A stretch of DNA of 63,526 nt, the filler included, from Dicyema japonicum (taxonomy: Eukaryota > Animalia > Dicyemida): NCBI GenBank assembly GCA_011109175.1. It is 9 parts of 9 records of this genome, joined end to end, with 100 filler letters (N's around TTAATTAATTAA, not from the genome) between each part and the next. Parts side by side here need not be neighbours in the genome. Positions count along the whole stretch, not along the records: positions 1 to 10,856 come from RDEW01000046.1; positions 10,957 to 15,310 come from RDEW01000314.1; 7 more parts are not named here. One strand, 5' to 3'. The notes under the pieces were generated by a model that was given only the letters and a program-made list of their open reading frames with translations, made no database searches and was not told the DNA's origin. The position numbers were made by a program, and so were the translations under genes. Of the stretch, positions 1 to 13,900 are shown in pieces (within the stretch, counting starts at the first letter, position 1; every line of letters begins with the position of its first letter).

Positions 1-334
1 TTTCTATGGGAAACATTCCTTAGTTTACCGCAAATTCCTCCAAAAATCAATTGTTGAGTGAATACTAGTCCAGAAGTAGAAAATAGACTTTCATATATTT
101 TTACTTTCATTCCTTGACCTATCGTTAATTAACATATAATACAGATTTTCGATTTTAACAAGGTAATTAATTCACGTGTACATACCTCCCTCATGAACAT
201 TTGCACATTGTCCTCTGTTGTCGTCAAACACCAGCAAAGATTGTTTTTGACAATTCTCTGCGTCATAATCTTACAAATCCGCATAAAAACAACATTCACT
301 CTAGATTTTGAGGTAGATTAATTGTTTTCCGCAT
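1..334 (-). CDS. Possible host gene fragment with a tiny intron, running off the window start; product unknown
   Basis: A 24-nt GT..AG intron at 142-119 (gtattatatgttaattaacgatag) joins ...NNLCWCLTTTEDNVQMFMREVCTRELITLLKSKI in frame to CQGMKVKIYESLFSTSGLVFTQQLIFGGICGKLRN...; upstream exon structure is uncertain. Confidence 0.25.
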
Positions 335-399
335 GAATAGTACTTACAACAAAATATAGTTATTTAAAGGCTCCTTCGCGTAGCCCTAAAAGGGTTTCG

Positions 400-691
400 C
401 TTGAGCCATGCTTTACAGCCATTTTCGCCCACGTCATCTTGTTTCAGGCCCTTATTCTGACATCATCCAGGTCGTCTGCTGTCACCAATTTACGACCGAT
501 TGTTTCGTAATCATTTTTAAGCAAATTGGAAGTGTATTTCTTGGTCTGTCTCGAAATCCGTGACTTCCGGCGCAGTAGAAATATTCTTCCATTACTGTTA
601 CATGGCGTAGTCGGCTCCAGTCAATAATATGTCCAAATAATTGCCGATAGAATAACGTCCATGCTAATTGGTGTAGAATTACATAGAGCAT
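400..691 (-). mobile_element. RTE-clade LINE, 3'-end RT fragment (degenerate)
   Basis: LFGHII...EYF...GFRDRPRNTLP matches the C-terminus of the more intact element at 21320-22189 (RLFGHILR...YF...FRGRPRMTLP). Confidence 0.7.
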
Positions 692-874
692 ATAGTTTCT
701 TGTTTGAGATTAACAAAATAAGCCAACACAAGAGATGAAGAGGACCAATATATCACATATTCAGGATGGGCCGGTGGAGCGGAGTGCTACACGGAAACTT
801 AAGCAGAGCAAGGCAGAAGTTTCCGAGACGGTATCTCGGGAGCTAAGTGAAATAATCGCTCGTCTGAACAACCT

Positions 875-1267
875 ATGTACACTTCTGAAAGTGGATTTAC
901 GGAATTTGGTGGACCTGGCTATGGAAAGCGCAGACTATCAACAAAAACTATGAAAAAGAATTTAAAAATAGTGCTGGTGAATGCCCGCTCGTTGGTGAAA
1001 AAGCATGATGAATTAGCACTACTTGCGAGGGATGGCAAGGTTAATGTCTTGGTAAACAGGTTGGGTAAGCATCACGAAAAGCCCTACACTCTTCGCATAC
1101 CGAAAGTTTCATTCCTGAAATACTTGGGGATTGCAGTTGATGGGAGAGGATCATACCTGAAGGACATTGAAGAGCAAAGGAAGAAGGCTGTGCAAGCACT
1201 GTTCTGCATTAGAAGCCTAAAGTTGGATGGTGATACCATGCTCTTTGTCTTGCGGAATGTAAAATAA
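875..1267 (+). mobile_element. Internally deleted LINE ORF2 remnant (APE start fused to RT end)
   Basis: LKIVLVNARSL is the APE endonuclease N-terminal motif and FLKYLGIAVD is the RT KYLG motif; both lie in one short ORF. Confidence 0.55.
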
Positions 1268-2629
1268 CAAATCTGATAATTGAAAAATAACAAATCTGAT
1301 AATTTCGTACACGATAAATTCTAAAACGATATAATACTAATAAAAGTAGGGATCACATTCCAAGATTTGCTAAAACATGTTGAAGTGGAAAAACTTCACA
1401 AATACGACCTTCTGGCAGAACTAACACATATCAACAAGGCCAAGGTGACAATAATTTCGATTTTTTGACAGAAGATGGAGTAGTAACAAAGTACACAAGT
1501 CCTATATGGAAAGATTCATCGTGGATGTCTTCACAAGGGCGTACATCCAATCATTGACGAATAAAAAAACTTTAGAGAGCATGACAATCGAGCATAGACA
1601 TGGGCTGAAAGTTGATAACTATGATGATGAGGTTGCAAGAGTGACTAATCATCTTTTCTCATGAGGCTCTGAACTCGGAGGTGACGTAGAAGAGGAACCA
1701 AGAGGAACAACTGTCTTGTCTAGTGATTTGCATTTAGAAGTGGTATACGAGGGGAACAGTGAGGGTGATACAAAGGGACAATGCCCAATGAGGAAAAGAA
1801 TTCAGCTTGAATAGTGTTACTTAATTACAATTGATTTTTTTTGATTTAGTTAATTATAATAATCTCTAACAAAACACAGTTTTCGTAATTTCCATGTATA
1901 TTTACTTAAAATTATTTGTCATATTTTTTCTTAAGATGACATAATTGTACTATTTTGTTTTAAAATGTCCTAAAAATGTACTAAAATTTCCGCCGTAGTG
2001 ATTAGTCTTCTAGCTCTTTTTTGTTCGTATAGTGGGCGGAAAGCTATAATTTTTGTACGTTTGATCAATTTATATTGTTATTATCCATTGTCGTGTAGAT
2101 GAGAGCGGATTTCCAGGGCTTTCCTGTCTCAATTAGAGGTTGATAAATACACATTCGTTTGCCACCACTGCATTTTGAGCCGACTAATCACAATTGGAAC
2201 TATTGCAAATTCCCCAACGGGATGAAAACTTTCCACGTGCAGTTTCAATGGATTCAAGACGACAGGTGTCTTAGGGCCTAAGACAGTCTCGTTCTTGAGG
2301 TCGAGAATTTTCTAAAGTGAGAGAATGAAATTTAGCACTAATTATTATGAAAAAAATATGTTCAATAATCCCATATTTTATAATAGACTCTAAACTTTAT
2401 ACATGACCATTTCTCGAAGTTTTAGGTACTATCTATAATCGTGTCGCTGTGATTTACATTGAAAAATTAATTTAGCGCCTGCTTTTCTTACATAATTAAG
2501 AGACTGGTTTTGTTGACCTTTCTTATTGTTTGTATTGCCACAAATTACTGGTTTAATAGTGAATATAATTGTTATAAACTAACCAACAAAGAGAAAGACA
2601 AAATATAGAATCCGTGAAAAGTTTTAAAA

Positions 2630-3245
2630 TTAAAAGTTAAGTAATATTGATCTACTACTTTCGATAGGTCTGTTTCTCAACCTCATGTAGTAACAAGCAA
2701 TGGCAATGGCAATGATTATAATAAATATTATAATAATACTGACAATGATCACTGTTCGAATAGATGACTTACTTTTAATTAGAGTATTATTATATGGAGT
2801 TATCATTTTTGGAGTTGACTTGGTATTAATTTCAGTTATAATAATATTTGGAGTTATCAATTGAGTTGACTCATTTTTAATTTCAGTTATAATAATATTT
2901 GGAGTTATCACTTGAGTTGACAAAGTTTTAATTTTAGTTCTAGTAATATCTGGAAAAACTGTTGTTTCACTAGTGAAATTTATGCAAAATGACCCTAAAA
3001 TATATAAATAAATAACCAATGTGATAAAATCTAATATTTTTTTCACCATAGAATATTTTAATTCTTAAACAAGAAATATTGAGAAAAATATGAGAAGTAA
3101 ACTTTTTAAAAATAAGTTGACAATAATAAAAAGAATGTTTATCAATCAATTGTTTATCAATTATCATCATATCACCAAAACGATCTAAGAATGAATTATT
3201 ATGATAACCAATATAAAGTAATATCCTGTCAAGGTAAATTTGGTC
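2630..3245 (-). CDS. Type I membrane protein with Thr/Ser-rich mucin-like stalk; 5' end not identified
   Basis: ORF 2970-3302 joins ORF 2630-3049 through a 22-nt phase-1 intron (3016-2995, gttatttatttatatattttag), giving ...RFYHIG-SFCINFTSETT... This is followed by 17-aa repeats (STQVITPNIIITEIKNE/STQLITPNIIITEINTK), a TM helix VIIVSIIIIFIIIIAIAIACYY and a basic stop-transfer tail MRLRNR. Confidence 0.7.
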
Positions 3246-4859
3246 ATTAGACGCTGGGACAAATATTAACAGNAGGTGTTCCACCATGGGGGTCCGTTCC
3301 AAAAAGAGGTTGGACTGTATTAAGGTGACCGAGTCCTGATATTTTCCAGTACTTCAATGAGTTTTCCTCGCAACAGTGTCGAAAGCGCTGGTGAGATAAA
3401 TTCCAATTAAAGTTCTTAAAACTTGGAATCTTTGCTGAATAGCAAAATGCCACCTATGAAACTATACTACATAAGCTGTTAGTCTCCCAATCCTGAAACC
3501 ACTTTGGCATCATTCAAGTACCGTCCATTAGTTCTTGGATCCGATTAACTATGATCTTCCGCAGGATATTTTAAGGATGACAGGACGCAAGTTGTCAACA
3601 GGTTTATTTCCTTTCTGGACTGAAGTTAGTTTTTCATTTTTAAGATCTGAAAAGTTATAGTTAACAAAATTAAAATAATTGAATTATTAAAAAAAACCAA
3701 CGGTAGAAAAAAAGAAAATCTTTTATCTTGATGCGTTCCAGTGAAGCCACAGCTGATCCAAAAAGAGATCCGGGAAGCTTAGGCCGTAGCCAGAACTTGT
3801 CGCGAGGAACAAATAGTTTCCCGGTGGAATGAAGAGATGGATCCTACCACGGAATTGTGGTCGGTTCGTTTTACAACTAATCTCCTTTGAGACTTATGGC
3901 GTCATTGACCGGAGATCATTTCAGTTTATCAGGTTAATCGGATAGCTTATGGGCAAACGAAGACTGAACGTAAAATGACGCTATGACTTTTCCATTAAAT
4001 TTGGTTTGCGTTTTTGAGAGGTAACTACCATTTCGTGTCATAATGGAGACCTGTAATAGCAACTTTACTTTATTCGACAATATTTGATGTTTTTAAAAAA
4101 AAGAAAAGATTTTAGTATTTTAAAACACAAAAAAACCTAATATTTTACATTTTCATTAAGGAAATTTGGTTTCCAAAGTAAAAGAATGACCATATTTGTC
4201 GAAAAAGTTTATGATTGAAGGATTTCATAGCTTAGTACGCGACATGTTTGCAGATAGCAATGCACCTGCAAGATCGATAGCAACGCAATAACTAGGAGAG
4301 TCATTTTTAATACGATATCAATGCATTTTTCGTATTTGGAATCCGTGCAATATTTTTGAGTTTGCTAGGCTTTCCGATGAACCATTGCTTCTTGTAAGTA
4401 ATACTGAAGTCCATAGTTGTAGTTCTCATGCGGTTAGTTTTGGAGTGCTGGATTAATCATCAATCAAGGGAAGGTGTAATCTCTTATCTCGGGCAAGAGT
4501 CCAAATATAATTTGATTACCCGCCTATGGGGATTTTCAGAATACTTTCATTTAGTTAAAATTAGCTACATGTGGCTTTCCTGGTGTTACCTTAAAGCAAA
4601 TCTTCAAAAACTGAAAAACAACAAGGTTTAATGTATCTTACAAGGTTACGTACGATAAAAAATTTAAAGCGTTGGTGACAATGTTGTTCCATGCGGCACT
4701 CAATTTGGAAAGTATCGCGGTTTTTATTTTTGGTTATTTGCCATTTTTCACATATTATAACAGAAATAAAAATCACGTTTATATTATTATAAGCAACATT
4801 CGTAAAATCAGTTATAATTTCATTCGTGCAGCATTCAAAACAATCCTCTGTGCTTCGTG

Positions 4860-6764
4860 TTAGATAGCAACACTCTGATAATATTGACAGAATCTGGGTC
4901 CAAGAATTGTTTCAGTATCTTGAGAAGTAGACCACGACGGACCGTGTCAAAGGCCCTAGAGAGATCTATTCCAAGGACTGTTGTTGCAGGTTCAAATCTC
5001 TGGTTGATAGCGCAGCGCCACTTGTGGCTCCATACTACATCTGCAGTGGATCTTCCTGTCCTGAATCCACTGTGACTAGAGAGATAGATAGTTGTCCACT
5101 TGTTCTCTGATTCGGTTCAGCGTAACTAATGCCAGAAGTTTCCGTAAGGTGTTTAGCAGGATTATTGGACGTAGGTTTTCAACAGGCCCAGCATGGTTAG
5201 TAGGTTTTTGTATTGGTATTAATCGTCCGGATCCAAGAGCTGGGTATTTTTTTTCTATAAACATAGAGTTTCGTTTTGCTAACTTTGCTGTTAGTGCAGG
5301 TGGCCCATATTTGACAAGTTTTGAATTGATTCCATCCGGTCCAGGGGAGCGACCATTCTTAAGTTTGACCATTGCATTTGAGATTTCGCCAGGAGTGATA
5401 GCTTTATCAAGTTGGGTAGCGTATCCACAAGTATGATCAGATATTTCTCCGCGGACAGTTAATATATCTTCGAAATACGACGCAAAATATTCAGCCTGAT
5501 CTTTGGGATTTGTCTTCCATTTCCGTCATGGAGTTTGAGTTTGTTCGTTTGTTTTCTTTTGTTGAGCAGACGGATTGCAATGAACATTTTTGATGAGTCT
5601 TTTAACTGTTCAACTTCTGCAGTTCTTAGATCAAGTAGGTTAGTGGCGTGCTTCTTATTCAAAATCTTTATGGTTTTCTGGGTGGATCTTCTTCTAGATT
5701 TCGAGAATTGTTTCCTGTCCGGATCAGAAGTATTTTCCAGTTGTAATCTTAGTTCCCTTTGTTTTTTAATGAGGGCGGGAACATCTGGATGTATACATTT
5801 TTTAAACAGTGCTGGGGACCAGATTCTGATACTTCCATTTGCTGCCGAGAAGATTCCTTTCATTGTCTCCGCCCAGGTGCCTCCTGGAGAAGTCCGGGAT
5901 CCAGGTTTCGAGAAATTTCGTAATTGATATTTGTTAGTTGTCTCTGATCGATGTAGAGTAACACAGTTGTTCCATTTTATAGCTTCTTCTTACATCTACG
6001 TTTGGCTCTCTTCTTATTAGGTCAGTCAAAGTCCTCATTGTGAACTTGGCAGAGACTATCTTGTGATCACTGTCGATAGCTGCACCTCCATAAGACCTCG
6101 AGTCACGTAGGAGTGATTTTTCTTGACTCGACAGATGATGTAGTCGATTTGATTGAAAATGTTAATAGAGCCTTTGGTAGGTAGAAGTCGTTGCCCAGTC
6201 CATGTCGTTTTATGACGTGCGGGATGTTGGAAACCAGTATTACATAGGAACAGATCAAATGCCTGGCAAAACTCTGCCAAGATGGTGCCGGGGAAGTTTC
6301 TGATTCCTCTTCCGTGCTGGACAATGAAGCTTTCATTTCCTCTACGGGTTCCCACTTTCGCATTCCTGTCCCGGCAATAAACAATAAGAGTGGTGGACAG
6401 AGGTCTGTTAATGTCCTTCCCAATTCCACGTAGAACAGGTCTTCCGGATTTTTTAGGATACGTTAACTGTGTGGTCGTAAATGTTGATAATTGAGATTAG
6501 TCTCCTCGAATTTCTGCTTGATCTTGAACGTAGTTGTAAGACACTGATTCTGTCATTGACTTTCCAGTAACGATATACTCTGGGAATATAGTCCTTGTGT
6601 ATGGCAAAGCCTTGTCCATAATGCCTCGATTCCGAGGGAAGCAATAGTAACCTGTAATTTGCATGTGTTTCATCGAGTCCATTTTTTATTTTAGTCTCCT
6701 GCAGGCAGCATACAGAACCCCGGTATTTCTCAACATCCGAACATAGAAGCTCCCTCTTAGCCAC
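4860..6764 (-). mobile_element. RTE-clade LINE ORF2 (APE endonuclease plus N-half of RT), frameshifted
   Basis: APE motifs CCLQETK, LCNTGFQH..KTTW and NQIDYII; RT motifs SPGPDGI, LRPIILLNTLRK, GFRTGRST and VLGIDLSRAFD, spread over several frames. Confidence 0.9.
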
Positions 6765-6765
6765 G

Positions 6766-7140
6766 TTATTCAGCTTCTGACATTGAAGTTAGGATAGTCA
6801 GGTCATTAAATTGTTCTGAATCCTTTGATGAGGGTATTAGTTTTTCTAGTTTCCCGAGATTACTAATAGTAGTGGCTGTTAAGGCCTGAATGTCCCGGAT
6901 TCTTTGTTTGTTCGTCCAGGACAGATTGATTCTCCATGACGTACAGCCATAGCTGACAGATGGCTCAATGAATTGTTTGTACAACAATTTCAAAGCTGGG
7001 AAAGGGGTTTTAATGACACAAAAATAGTTTTTATTATCCCTTGCTTTATTAAGCAGCTTACAGAGACAGCGTCGACGTGAGATGTAAAGGACATCTGTGT
7101 GTCGAAGGTTATCCCCAAGGTTTTTAGTTTCTAATACCGA
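6766..7140 (-). mobile_element. LINE RT C-terminal fragment (Jockey/I-like)
   Basis: LYKQFIEPSVSYGCTSW motif, with upstream K.LGITFD (aaaccttggggataaccttcgac). Confidence 0.6.
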
Positions 7141-7599
7141 GTGAAGATGAAAAGCCTATTGAGAAGGTATAACCAACAGACAGCATCTTTCTCTCAATAT
7201 TACAAGTATTTTATTTATTTATTAACCCCGGAAAGAAGTTAAAGTAAAACACTAATTAAGTGTATCCAGTTTCCACTTCTACAGAAAAAATCTATCCTGA
7301 ATCAACATAAAGGGTAAAAGACGTCCATAGTTACAGTTGTGGAAACCCCTCCAGTGGAGTGGGGAAGAGAAAATGATCCTTTTTCGTGCTGGCGTGCCAC
7401 TGGGCGCCACCTAGACAGGTGGATCACATGACGTCACTATAATAGGAAAAGAGAAAAGGAACAGAGGAACAAAACAGAAACTTCAATCAATTTAAATAAA
7501 TTAATTGATTTTACTTTCTATAGATTATTGTTGTTAGATAAAAATATTTTGTTGTGGTATCCTCATCTATGTTTTTACTGGATTAAGGAAAACAGAACC

Positions 7600-7900
7600 C
7601 AAGGCTTTCTTGCAAAATCAAATAGCAAGAATAGTATAGTGGAGGCAGGCGAGTCGTCTCTCGGCCTTCTCATTGGTAGAACATGCTCCAGAGGCACTCT
7701 GGAATAGAGTACTTAACAAACGGTGTTGTACAGGTGACGTCCCAGACAAAATGCTTCTCAGCTTCAAAGGAAAGGATAGCCTTCCCATCCCGTCGTTGCA
7801 CGTCACGTTTGCAAAGGCTGACTGGTTCAAACATAGAGGGGTGTCCGACAGCCTCCAAAGCTTCGTTCAATGCAATGTGTCTGAGAGATCCTTTAGTTCA
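7600..7900 (-). mobile_element. CRE-like non-LTR element, restriction-like endonuclease fragment
   Basis: NEAL...EPV.L...RRDG......HFVWDVTC is the R-P-D-G...W-D-x-T signature of RLE-type retroelements. Confidence 0.65.
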
Positions 7901-8149
7901 ATTTAAATTAATCCAATGTAGTAAATTAGAGGGACAACATATTCTCGTTGAATGCTTTAAATTTATTTGCAGCATTGAGATTTATCTGTACCAATTTCAG
8001 GATCCTCTTGTTCACATTTTCCGCGATTGTCCTTAAAACATCCTGCCTCATGATGTTGCTGCATGATCCTCTAAAACTCAAAAGTAGCGACAGCCTTCAT
8101 ATCCATTAGAAAATTTAACTTTTTCTTACACTCCAGATTAGTGACAGAC

Positions 8150-8620
8150 AGAGAATGTAGTGGTCAATGGAGTCGTGCGCTTTTTTTACATTAATCAAAG
8201 TAGCAAATCAGCTGTTTCTATTTTCACTGCATATGCACTGGTTATTTAAGCTTCCTCCCAATTGGTTGTCAGAAATGATGTCTAACGATTCCAAATAATC
8301 TTTAAGTTTTGAATTGACGCCACAAGCCGGCGTCTTGGGCGGTAAGGTCTTTCCTCTACATTTCTGTGAGAATTTGGCACTAACGACCTTAAGGATTTCT
8401 TCACATAAATAACGAGGAGAGCCTTGAACTTCTTAATGAATAAAGAATATACGCCGTCACATCACACGATTCCAAATTGGCATATAATTTATAATATTTT
8501 TAATAAGGCCGGGGGATTTCTTTACTGTAGAGTCGTGTACTCCAGGAATACGCCTTCCGACGATACTGAGCGACTTTAGATTCTCATTGTTTCTCACACC
8601 GTCTCCCAAAGTATTCGCCA
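8150..8620 (-). mobile_element. R4/Dong-like RT fragment
   Basis: Degenerate DGVY.LFIKKF, NQLG and INVKKAHDSIDH motifs, resembling the element at 43780-45700. Confidence 0.5.
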
Positions 8621-10856
8621 TTTCCAAATCCACACAGTGTTTTGTTTTTCATTAATACGGCTCCGATATAATCTCCAGCGGTTTACTTAAAAGCTGAATG
8701 CCTTCATAAATTGCGAGTCTTTTTTCCATCTTGATTCTGTCGTTAATAATTGCAATAATTCTCGTAAGTTCCCCTTTTTGAATTCTTATAACCATGAGGT
8801 ACTAAATTCTTCATTATCTACTCCTCCTTGATTTTTTGGTTACCAAAAGTACCGAGAAGGATAAGATTATCCTTAAGATAAGCAGGAGGATTAAGCTTTT
8901 CTGCAATTTGTGGATAGTCCCTATTGTACATTCATCAATTCCTTCCCTTCATTAATCAGTTTCTTGGAATTGGATACTCCCCTATTAGTGGAGAAGCGGA
9001 AATAGAGGAAGTCAGCGATTAATTGCCAACCCCCTCAAACAATCCTTCCAAACCTGGCTTTTAAATATTTAGCAACTTCAGCCATTAATTTGCATTTGTC
9101 AAATTGGTCAACAACCTTGAAAGGAAAAGGTAATTAGCCACGTTCGTAAAGGACCTGACAAATTTCACGAGGCTCATGCAGTTCTGTTGGGAGCAGTGGG
9201 AACACATTTTTGATGAACAGAGAGTGACCGGTAGAAGACACATTTGTAGACCTCAGCATGGAAAGCATCCTTAAGTAATTAAATATCTTCGAAACTGGAG
9301 AGCTGTGGTTGTGATTGGGTGTAAAACTTTCTAGAAAATTCACATCAATTCATGACCGCCTCTATAAAGAAATCGGCAAGATAATACACAAAAATATACT
9401 CCAGATGAATAGTTCTACACTGGAATAACGTTCTTATTCTACATAAAACTAATTACATGTATGCCAAAGTTGGCTAATAAACATGTGAACGGAAAATTTT
9501 CAAACTTTGAGACATACCATCTGATAAGAGACAATCGTTTGGGAACATCGAAAAATGGATCAAGGAGCTAACGACAGGCAATAGTTACCATTAACCAGCA
9601 GAATGGGAATAATTTGGCAATTCTGTGGATAGACGTAAAAAAGTATTTGATTCAGTGGATCATCATGTATCGAGTGAGTAGGTATCATTATGGATCAAAT
9701 TTAGCGTATCATTTGTTCTGGACAAACTGAGTGTAAGAGTATAATCCCGGAGAAATTTGGACCCTTTTAACGGAAGGACATATGATTAAGAAAGTCTAGC
9801 AATGGTGACCACATTTTGAGTTGATTACGGAGACTTTCTTTGTAAAGGGATTTTGATTCTGGGAACAAGGATGGATGCTAAAGAACTGGCCTAAAATTCA
9901 CTCAATGCAATGAGGATGGATTGTATGCCGCAAGGTAGATCAGGAGGAGGACCAACATTTTGAAAATTTTGTCCGATGACCAATCGGGCGCAACACCTTC
10001 TTACTACAGAAAATTTACAGACAATACATACTATCAGTAATCGAATACGCATGTCCTTCCTGGAGCTCGATGATTTCTGAATCGTCGTCTCAAAAATTAG
10101 AAGCCGCACAACTTGCTGCCTTGAAAATAATTAATAAGAAAACTGTGGATAACGTATTGAATGATAAAGAACATCTAAGGTGGAGAGTGAAGTCATTTTT
10201 ACAGTGGGCAATGAAAACCGTTGTCTCCTTTCACTCTCTATATCTGACTATCTAAAAAATGCGGGGAATCTATGGAGAATAGGACCGTCCCCGTTTATAC
10301 CAAATCTGTTGGATCTTCGAGGACCCCGAATGAGAGCCAGAACCCGAAAAAACCGGGATCACTTAGTTAGTAGTTAACATTTAACCTATTCTAGTCCGGT
10401 GATCTTGAGGTAAAAAAAATCGATCTCAATAATTCGGAATGGATTGTCAAAGGTATAAATTACTTATTCCTCATTGGAGAGTGAGAGTTGTATAATTATA
10501 TTAGTTATGATGTCAAATTCCGAGGGGATTTTGCAGGGAGATAGTCTATATCCAATGTTTCTGTGTTAGTGCTTGATCCACTTAACATAAAACATAACTT
10601 TATTAGAGACTGAACTAAGAGTTAGCTAGAGGTTTTATCCTAGACCTGCCTTTATAGCCTGGACACATAGCACCTCCCCCGTCTCCTCAATTACTAGTGT
10701 TCTCTCTGCTGCTCAAACCCTCCACTTGTGTTCCGTTGTCATCTTCCATCTCTCTTCAATGACTTTTTTAGTCAATCTAGTTCTTTCTGTGAATGCTATT
10801 CTGGCCATCCAATCAAAACAGCGTCTTAGTTTTTCTCTTAAGCGATTTCTTTCTTG

Positions 10857-10956
10857 NNNNNNNNNNNNNNNNNNNNNNNNNNNNNNNNNNNNNNNNNNNN
10901 TTAATTAATTAANNNNNNNNNNNNNNNNNNNNNNNNNNNNNNNNNNNNNNNNNNNN
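10857..10956. other. Artificial contig spacer N44-TTAATTAATTAA-N44 (also at 15311-15410, 37720-37819, 41604-41703, 48769-48868, 54864-54963, 57971-58070, 60743-60842; plain N gap at 50520-50705)
   Basis: The same 100-nt construct occurs eight times; TTAATTAATTAA puts stops in all six frames. Confidence 0.97.
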
Positions 10957-13900
10957 AGTAAACCTGATAATAATGGAAATTCAGTATAAACATATAAATA
11001 AACCAGATAATAATGGAAATTCAGAATACACTTACAAATAAACCTGATAATAATGAAATTCTGAATACACTTACAAGTAAACCTGATAATAATGGAAATT
11101 CTTAACATACTTACAAATAAACATGATAATAATAGAAATTCAGAATACACTTACAAATAAACCAGATAATAATGGAAATTTTGAATACACTTACAAATAA
11201 ACCTGATAATAATGAAATTCAGAATCCACTTACAAATAAACAGGATAATAATGGAAATTCAGAATAGACTTACAAATAAACCAGATAATAATGGAAATTC
11301 TGAACATACTTACAAATAAACCAGATAATAAAGGAAATTCAGAATAGACTTACAAATAAACCAGATAATAATGGAAATTTAGAATACACTTACAAGTAAA
11401 CCTGATAATAATATGAAATTCAGTATAAACATATAAATAAACCAGATAATAATGAAATTCAGAATCGACTTACAAATAAACCAGATAATAATTGAAATTC
11501 TAAACCGACTTACAAATAAACCTGATAATAATGAAATTCTGAATCCACTTACAAATTAAATAGATAATAATTGAAAATCAGAAACTACTTACAAATAAAC
11601 CAGATAATAAAGGAAATTCTGAACATACTTAGAAATAAACCAGATAATAAAGGAAATTCAGAATCAACTTACAAATTAACCAGATAATAATTGAAAATCA
11701 GAATACAATTACAAATAAACCAGATAATAATGGAAATTCAGAATACACTTACAAATAAACCTGATAATGATGAAATTCTGAATACACTTACAAGTAAACC
11801 TGATAATAATGGAAATTCAGTATAAACATATAAATAAACCAGATAATAAAAGAAATTCAGAAGACTTACAAATAAACATGATAATAATGGAAATTCTCAA
11901 CATACTTACAAAAAACCAGATAATAAAGGAAATTCAGAATACACTTACAAGTAAACCTGATAATAATGGAAATTTAGAATACACTTACAAGTAAACCTGA
12001 TAATAATATGAAATTCAGTATAAACATATAAATAAACCAGATAATAATGAAATTCTGAATACACGTACAAATAAACATGATAATAATGGAAATTTAGAAT
12101 ACACTTACAAGTAAACCAGATAATAAGGAAATTCAGAATCGACTTACAAGTAAACCTGATAATAATGGAAATTCAGAATACACTTACAAATAAACCAGAT
12201 AATAAAGGAAATTCAGAATAGACTTACAAGTAAACCTGATAATAATGGAAATTCAGAATATACTTACAAGTAAACCAGATAATAAAGGAAATTCAGAATC
12301 GACTTACAAATTAACCAGATAATAATTGAAAATCAGAATACACTTACAAATAAACCTGATAATAATGAAATTCTGAATACACTAACAAGTAAACCTGATA
12401 ATAATGGAAATTCAGTATAAACATATAAATAAACCAGATAATAATGGAAATTCAGAATACACTTACAAATAAACCAGATAATAATGAAATTCAGAATACA
12501 CTTACATATAAACCAGATAATAATGGAAATTCTGAATACATTTACAAGTAAACCTGATAATAATGGAAATTCAGAATACACTTACAAATAAACCTGATAA
12601 TAATGGAAATTCTGAATAGACTTACAAGTAAACCTGATAATAATGGAAATTCTGAACATACTTACAAATAAACCAGATAATAAAGGAAATTCAGAATCGA
12701 CTTACAAATAAACCAGATAATAATGGAAATTCAGAATACACTTACAAATAAACCAGATAATAATGGAAATTCAGAATACACTTACAAATAAACCTCATAA
12801 TAATGAAATTCTGAATACACTTACAAGTAAACCTGATAATAATGTAAATTCAGTATAAACATATGAATAAACCAGATAATAAAAGAAATTCAGAAGACTT
12901 ACAAATAAACATGATAATAATGGAAATTCAGAATCCACTTACAAGTAAACCTGATAATAATGGAAATTCTGAATACACTTACAAATAAACCAGATAATAA
13001 TGGAAATTCAGAATACACTTACAAATAAACCTGATAATAATGGAAATTCTGAATACACTTACAAATAAACCTGATAATAATGGAAATTCAGAATCCACTT
13101 ACAAATAAACCTGATAATAATGGAAATTCTGAACATACTTACAAATAAACCAGATAATAAAGGAAATTCAGAATCGACTTACAAATAAACCAGATAATAA
13201 TGGAAATTCAGAATACACTTACAAATAAACCAGATAATAATGGAAATTCTGAACATACTTACAAATAAACCAGATAATAATGAAATTCTGAATACACTTA
13301 CAAGTAAACCTGATAATAATGGAAATTCAGTATAAACATATGAATAAACCAGATAATAAAAGAAATTCAGAAGACTTACAAATAAACATGATAATAATGG
13401 AAATTCAGAATACACTTACCAATAAACCTGATAATAAAGGAAATTCAGAATAGACTTACAAATAAACCAGATAATAATGGAAATTCAGAATACACTTACA
13501 AATAAACCTAATAATAATGGAAATTCTGAATACACTTACAAATAAACCTGAAAATAATGAAATTCACCATACACTTACAAATAAACCAGATAATAATGAA
13601 ATTCTGAATAGACTTACAAATAAACCAGATAATATGGAAAGTCAGTATACACTTACAAATAAACCTGATAATAATGGAAATTTAGAATACACTTACAAGT
13701 AAACCTGATAATAATGGAAATTCAGAATACACTTTCAAATAAACCTGATAATAATGGAAATTTAGAATACACATAAAAATAAACCAGATAATAATGAAAT
13801 TCAGAATACTCTTACAAATAAACCTAATAAGAATGGAAATTCAGAATACACTTACAAGTAAACCTGATAATAATGGAAATTTAGAATAAACATAAAAATA

